41,952 nt of DNA from a virus (lineage: Duplodnaviria > Caudoviricetes): the IMG/VR virus record IMGVR_UViG_3300005326_000711, positions 1-41,952 of that record; one strand, given 5' to 3'. The notes under the pieces are model-generated. The model made no database searches. It was not told the DNA's origin and saw only the letters and a list, made by a program, of their open reading frames with translations. Shown here piece by piece: positions 37,466-41,952 of the stretch (its first letter is position 1; every line of letters starts with the position of its first letter). The position numbers and the translations under genes are program-made.

Positions 37466-37643
37466 AAGACACCTCCTTGTGTTGGGTCTATTGTAAGTGG
37501 TCATACACTTGTAAATATTCATGCTTTATCATAAGTTGTCCGTGTAATATCTAGATTAACATTTTTAAATGATTTTATGTGTTTTTTATTTGTTACGTGT
37601 TATACTTTAGTTATAGTGTTAATTCTAACGAAACATACTGGAG

Positions 37644-38267
37644 GTGATTTTTGTGGCAGTATACGATGGATACACAAAGGGGTTATTGGATAACATTGGT
37701 TATCGACTCAAGTTTTTAAGAGACAAACATAAGGTTAAAATTGACCGATTGTCTGAAGTTCTTGGGGTAACTCGAGTTCAATATCACAAGTATGAAAAAG
37801 GTGAAAGCCAAATCAGCATTGTTGGACTCAAGCGAATTGCCGATTTCTATAATGTAAGCCTTGAGTTTCTAACTAACAATCATCTTGCTCAACTCACCAA
37901 TGCTGTTTTCTTTAATGAATACCATCTAGATCCATCATTTAAAGATGTTATTCGTGAGACAAAAGTTCACATTTCAGATGAGTACTCATCCATATATTTT
38001 GTTAAAGACGGCAATCACACTTATGTATTCGAAGCCATTCAAGATTCTCCTGGTACATCTGGTGTTTATTTTTATGAGTTTGATTCCAAAAAGTATATGT
38101 CGAAAGTAATTTTGCCTACACAAGTACAAAATAAACCATTTGAAGCACTGCTTTTCTTCAGCGATAGTTCGCATGTAATCATACGAAATAGAAATGATGT
38201 TTTCTTTATGGGACGGCTAATTGGTGAATATTTGGACATACAACCAGGAAAATTCATTAAAAAATAA
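37644..38267 (+). CDS. XRE-family repressor (CI-like)
   Basis: IG.RLK.LR...LSEVLGVTR..Y.KYEKG...IADFYNVSL; start may be GTG 37653; no clear S24 peptidase motif. Confidence 0.8.
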   Translation: MIFVAVYDGYTKGLLDNIGYRLKFLRDKHKVKIDRLSEVLGVTRVQYHKYEKGESQISIVGLKRIADFYNVSLEFLTNNHLAQLTNAVFFNEYHLDPSFKDVIRETKVHISDEYSSIYFVKDGNHTYVFEAIQDSPGTSGVYFYEFDSKKYMSKVILPTQVQNKPFEALLFFSDSSHVIIRNRNDVFFMGRLIGEYLDIQPGKFIKK

Positions 38268-38315
38268 CGAGTCTTCAGTTTGACCCCTAAATATTCAAAT
38301 TATCAGTGTTACAAT
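38267..38315 (+). promoter_or_regulatory. Repeated phage promoter motif, copy 4 (upstream of the recombinase operon)
   Basis: ACGAGTCTTCAGTTTGACCCCTAAATA (25/27 match), N16, then TACAAT at 38310-38315. Confidence 0.68.
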
Positions 38316-38373
38316 GGGGTTGGTTCATGAATACCTATAGATCGTTTCTACTACACATATGAGGTATGTAGAG

Positions 38374-38505
38374 ATGATGACAACAACAGAAAATCGTATA
38401 TTAATGTCTGCAATAACCCTTCTATTTTTGAAGGGTTTTTTAAGTTTAGAAGATTATCTAAAAGTGTTCACAAACATTACCAATAATCGATTTTTTAAGG
38501 TATAA
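38374..38505 (+). CDS. Small SHOCT-like protein upstream of the serine recombinases
   Basis: 43 aa MMTTTENRILMSAITLLFLKGFLSLEDYLKV...; SD GAGGT; L..KG.LS.EDY motif; below the ORF track cutoff. Confidence 0.55.
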   Translation: MMTTTENRILMSAITLLFLKGFLSLEDYLKVFTNITNNRFFKV

Positions 38506-38536
38506 CACTAACAACGTAGAAGGGAGCAATTAAAGC

Positions 38537-40159
38537 ATGAAGACAATTGAAGTAATTAAACCAACCAACAAGTTTTACAACGTAGCAACGAATGAGGTAA
38601 TCAACAAAAAGCGAGTTGCTGCGTATGCACGTGTGTCAACTGATGAAGATGATCAGTTAAACTCATTCAAGTTCCAAATTGAAGAATATACCAAACGGAT
38701 TCAAGCAAATAAAGATTGGGAGTTCATCGGTATGTTTTCTGACCAAGGTTTATCTGGAACACAAATGAAAAAGCGTCCAGAGTTCATGAAGATGATTGAA
38801 CTAGCTAGACGCCAAGAGATTGATTTAATTTTAGTGAAGTCGATTTCACGTTTCGCAAGAAATACAGTTGATATTCTCTCCCTAGTAAGAGAGCTTAGAG
38901 ACTTGGGATGCATCATTTATTTTGAAAAGGAAAACATCTATTCAAGTGACCCACAGATAGATTTTACTTTAGCGATTCTTTCATCAATAGCCCAAGAGGA
39001 ATCAAGATCGATTTCTACCAATGTCAAGTGGAGTGTTGAAAAGAGATTCAAAGCAGGAAAAATGCACATTTCGAGAATCTACGGATTTGAAAAGTCGGAA
39101 CAAGGTGAACTAGTGATTAACGAAGATGAAGCCAAAACTGTTAGATTAATCTACTCATTGTTCCTTCAAGGGTTTAACATCAATGATATTAGAAAAGTCC
39201 TTAACGAAAGAAAGATACCAACATTGAACAACAAAGAGTGGCTTTATAACGGTGTTAAAACGATTTTAACCAATGAAAAGTATTGTGGTGATGCCATTCT
39301 TCAAAAGACTGTTACAACGGATTATTTGACCCACAAGCAAGTGAAAAATGATAACCTTGCAACGAAGTATTTTGTTAGAAATAATCATGAAGGTATAGTG
39401 AGCAAATCTGCATTTGAAATGGTGAAATCCATATTTGAAGAATCAACCAAATCATCTCGAAATCTAGTTACCAAATATCCTTTGACCAATCTTGTTTATT
39501 GTTCCAAGTGCCATGGTAATCTTCGTAGACACTTAGTCAACTATCGACGTCCATCTGAAAAGGTGGTTCTTGATTGCAAACACAATAGAATGGATAAATC
39601 CATCAAGTGTAACGAACCTTGGGTTGATTCGGATTTAATACTTGAGACAGCTATGGAGTCTATCAAGCATCTATTATCTTCTGATGATGTTGTCAATTCG
39701 CTGATGAATGAACTTTCTAATGTATCTTGCAGTGAAGAGTTAAGTGAACTTTTACTCAGGAAGAAACAAGAGTTGAGTAGACTCGTACATCAAAAAAACA
39801 CAGATGCTAATCTGCTACCAGAATCATTTCTAAACCAGGAAAAAATACTGAAGAAAGAAATCAATACTCTAAAGAAAGAAATCACTTCTTCTATCAAAAA
39901 CGTTTCACTCGTTGAGATAATGAAGAACCATTCTGCAGATATCATCACAAAGGATTCTCAGTACTTAATCAAAAACATTTATTCACTCATTATAATGGAT
40001 GTTGATAAAATCATTTGCGTTATTTCTAAAACAACATCAACCGAAGAGTTGATCTGTAAAATAGATGAGTTGGTTAAAATGGACTCATCAGTACGTGGTT
40101 TCTACAAGGATTATAGTAGAGAAAAAACTTTTGGATACAAGGTGGTTGTTCATGAATAA
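38537..40159 (+). CDS. Large serine recombinase
   Basis: AAYARVSTD, D.GLSG, KRPEF, KSISRFARN, ILTNEKYCGD, HE.IV, zinc ribbon CSKC. Confidence 0.95.
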   Translation: MKTIEVIKPTNKFYNVATNEVINKKRVAAYARVSTDEDDQLNSFKFQIEEYTKRIQANKDWEFIGMFSDQGLSGTQMKKRPEFMKMIELARRQEIDLILVKSISRFARNTVDILSLVRELRDLGCIIYFEKENIYSSDPQIDFTLAILSSIAQEESRSISTNVKWSVEKRFKAGKMHISRIYGFEKSEQGELVINEDEAKTVRLIYSLFLQGFNINDIRKVLNERKIPTLNNKEWLYNGVKTILTNEKYCGDAILQKTVTTDYLTHKQVKNDNLATKYFVRNNHEGIVSKSAFEMVKSIFEESTKSSRNLVTKYPLTNLVYCSKCHGNLRRHLVNYRRPSEKVVLDCKHNRMDKSIKCNEPWVDSDLILETAMESIKHLLSSDDVVNSLMNELSNVSCSEELSELLLRKKQELSRLVHQKNTDANLLPESFLNQEKILKKEINTLKKEITSSIKNVSLVEIMKNHSADIITKDSQYLIKNIYSLIIMDVDKIICVISKTTSTEELICKIDELVKMDSSVRGFYKDYSREKTFGYKVVVHE

Positions 40160-41669
40160 TGTGTTTGAGATTCCAGTTGATGTTTCTCATCTCATCAAAA
40201 AGAGAGTTGTTATTTATGCAAGAGTATCCACTGAATTTGTTGAGCAAGAAACTTCTTATGAGAGACAAGTTCTTGAATTAGCGAAATCCGTTAGAGAAAA
40301 CCAAAACTATAATTTGGTTTGTGTATATGCTGATAAAGAAAGTGGACGTTCAACAAATAGACCTGCATTCGTTCAGATGATGGAACTTGTCAGTACTGGT
40401 GCAGTGGACTTGATTCTTACGAAGTCTATTGCTAGATTTGGTCGTAATATTGTAGAGGTCGTAAGCTTAATTCAAGAGTTAAGATTGAAGGGTGTAGAAG
40501 TCTATTTTGAGAAGGAAAGTATATCATCAAATGATCCGAAGATGGACTTAACTTTATCATTACTCAGTGCTCATGCTGAAGAGGAATCTAAACAGATATC
40601 ATTAAATACGATTTGGGCATTTGAAAGTAAAATGAAAAGAGGTTTAAATACGACTTCAAGAATGTATGGATATTCTATTAAGAAAGACAACTTCACGATA
40701 GTAGAAAACGAAGCTGATATCGTTAGAAAGATTTATTCATATTACATCTTAGGCTATTCATATAATAATATCATTCAACACCTTTTCGAACTAGGAATAG
40801 CATCGCCATCTGGGAATAAAAAATGGAGTCAAAGAACACTTGAGGATATCCTTAAGAATGAAAAATATGTTGGTGATATGTTGCTGCGAAAGAAAATGAA
40901 TGATCGAATTGTAAGACCGGAAATATTAACTGCTTTGAACTTGAATCAATACTATGTTAGTAATCATCATGAGCCAATTATTACAAGAGAAACCTGGAAT
41001 GAAGTTCTTAGTCTAAGAAAAAAACGTACTACGTTTGATAGCAAAGGTAAATTCTTCAAACTCAACCCATATGCTTATTTCTACTTTTCCATAGACTACA
41101 ATAGACACTTCACGTATTATGTTGAACGGCATAAAGGTAAGTACGAAGTTCCCATGCTTGTTTGTAAAAGTGATTTAGGAAGGTTTGCATTTAAAAATTC
41201 CGATATTGAAAATGGTATATCAAAAGCTGCCACATACATTCTTAAGTACAGGGATATAATAACTGATCATGTAAAACAACAAATAGCACCTAGCTCATTG
41301 TTAATTTCTAATCAATTGGATGAGTTATATTGTGATATTCAAGTTAAGTCTGTTAATGAACAATTAACTAGGTATTCTATAATATCTGACAATTTATCAA
41401 AGTTGCATCGAATCAATAATGTCGAAAAGTTAATATCAGAAACAGTTTTCTTCTCAAAGAAACTTGTTGCTGAACCTAACATAGATTACATAAAGAAAGT
41501 CTTTACAAAAGTTATTTTTAGCGGATTCAAAGTACATCTAATCATCTCCATAACCAATGATGATATAAAAGCAATTCCAGATAAAAAATATCTCATTCAC
41601 ACCTATCGAATTCCAATTATCTATAAATACAAAAATAGTGAATTGGAATTCAATCTTTATATTTGTTAG
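40152..41669 (+). CDS. Large serine recombinase (second of a tandem pair)
   Basis: IYARVST, NRPAF, KSIARFGRN, ILKNEKYVGD, HHEPII; ATG 40152 overlaps the upstream stop; zinc-ribbon cysteines appear degenerate. Confidence 0.93.
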   Translation: MNNVFEIPVDVSHLIKKRVVIYARVSTEFVEQETSYERQVLELAKSVRENQNYNLVCVYADKESGRSTNRPAFVQMMELVSTGAVDLILTKSIARFGRNIVEVVSLIQELRLKGVEVYFEKESISSNDPKMDLTLSLLSAHAEEESKQISLNTIWAFESKMKRGLNTTSRMYGYSIKKDNFTIVENEADIVRKIYSYYILGYSYNNIIQHLFELGIASPSGNKKWSQRTLEDILKNEKYVGDMLLRKKMNDRIVRPEILTALNLNQYYVSNHHEPIITRETWNEVLSLRKKRTTFDSKGKFFKLNPYAYFYFSIDYNRHFTYYVERHKGKYEVPMLVCKSDLGRFAFKNSDIENGISKAATYILKYRDIITDHVKQQIAPSSLLISNQLDELYCDIQVKSVNEQLTRYSIISDNLSKLHRINNVEKLISETVFFSKKLVAEPNIDYIKKVFTKVIFSGFKVHLIISITNDDIKAIPDKKYLIHTYRIPIIYKYKNSELEFNLYIC

Positions 41670-41731
41670 TTCGGAACCACATTACCCCCTAAATGATGGC
41701 TTGAAATGAAGTTCGGAACCACATTACCCCC
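41668..41731. repeat. 22-bp perfect direct repeat AGTTCGGAACCACATTACCCCC x2
   Basis: Copies at 41668-41689 and 41710-41731, directly after the recombinase stop. Confidence 0.9.
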
Positions 41732-41785
41732 ACTTTGAAATTGTTACTATCGATAAAGCAAAATTGTTCTCAATGCGACTCTATA

Positions 41786-41830
41786 AATGAAAACGACCCC
41801 ATTTCATAAGAAATAAGGTCGTTTTTCATT
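41786..41830. terminator. Probable bidirectional terminator between the recombinases and the tRNA
   Basis: AATGAAAACGACC...GGTCGTTTTTCATT inverted repeat. Confidence 0.6.
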
Positions 41831-41879
41831 AAAATATCGCTATTTTCCCCTAGTTTAGGGGAGTAATCAAAGATAACTA

Positions 41880-41952
41880 TGGTGCCCGAGGCCGGACTCG
41901 AACCGGCATGAGTCACCCCACTGGATTTTGAGTCCAGCGCGTCTACCAATTT
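41880..41952 (-). tRNA. tRNA-Leu(CAA), 5' end cut by the window edge
   Basis: Minus strand: D-loop TTGGTAGACGC, anticodon arm CTGGA-CTCAAAA-TCCAG, long variable arm, T-loop GGTTCGAGTCC, encoded CCA end. Confidence 0.95.

Larger units (their letters stand above)
1..41731. mobile_element. Temperate siphovirus-type prophage (HK97-fold capsid, long non-contractile tail); left boundary not defined
   Basis: Full ordered set of integration, immunity, replication, packaging, head, tail and holin modules, next to a tRNA gene. No att duplication found, so the ends are approximate. Confidence 0.92.

Noticed and set aside
40065-40151. Longer N-terminus of the second serine recombinase
   Set aside because: It overlaps the upstream gene by 95 bp; ATG 40152 with a short stop/start overlap is more plausible.
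41668-41731. Mini CRISPR array
   Set aside because: Only two 22-bp repeats with a 20-bp spacer and no cas genes.
41880-41952. tRNA-Leu 3' end as the att core
   Set aside because: No duplicate of the tRNA 3' end was found in the window; it could lie outside, so this is unsupported rather than excluded.

Overview
Nearly the whole window is an apparently complete temperate siphovirus-type (HK97-fold) prophage in an AT-rich host, ending just short of a tRNA-Leu(CAA) at the right edge. Reading right to left: two tandem large serine recombinases with a small SHOCT-like ORF, divergent XRE repressors, a tyrosine recombinase, an antirepressor, an excisionase-like HTH, a C5 methyltransferase and an iteron-containing replication initiator. 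Next comes a 7-kb AT-rich cassette (m4C-type methyltransferase, PLD-SF2 helicase, small protein, DndD/Rad50-like SMC ATPase, DndE-like protein, unknown protein). Then a ParB-methyltransferase/MetK/HNH block, the packaging, head and tail genes, a nucleotidyltransferase, two holin-like genes with no recognisable endolysin, and a two-gene accessory unit (membrane protein plus DUF3800-like protein). The three most notable observations are: (1) the Dnd-like SMC/helicase-nuclease cassette carries a DNA methyltransferase instead of sulfur-modification genes, a candidate undescribed defence system; (2) a 27-bp motif occurs four times, always exactly 16 bp upstream of TACAAT, suggesting a phage-specific promoter regulon; (3) 72-bp direct repeats bracket the 9.1-kb dcm-rep-defence segment near the tyrosine recombinase. 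All family calls come from motif recognition by eye; no searches were run.
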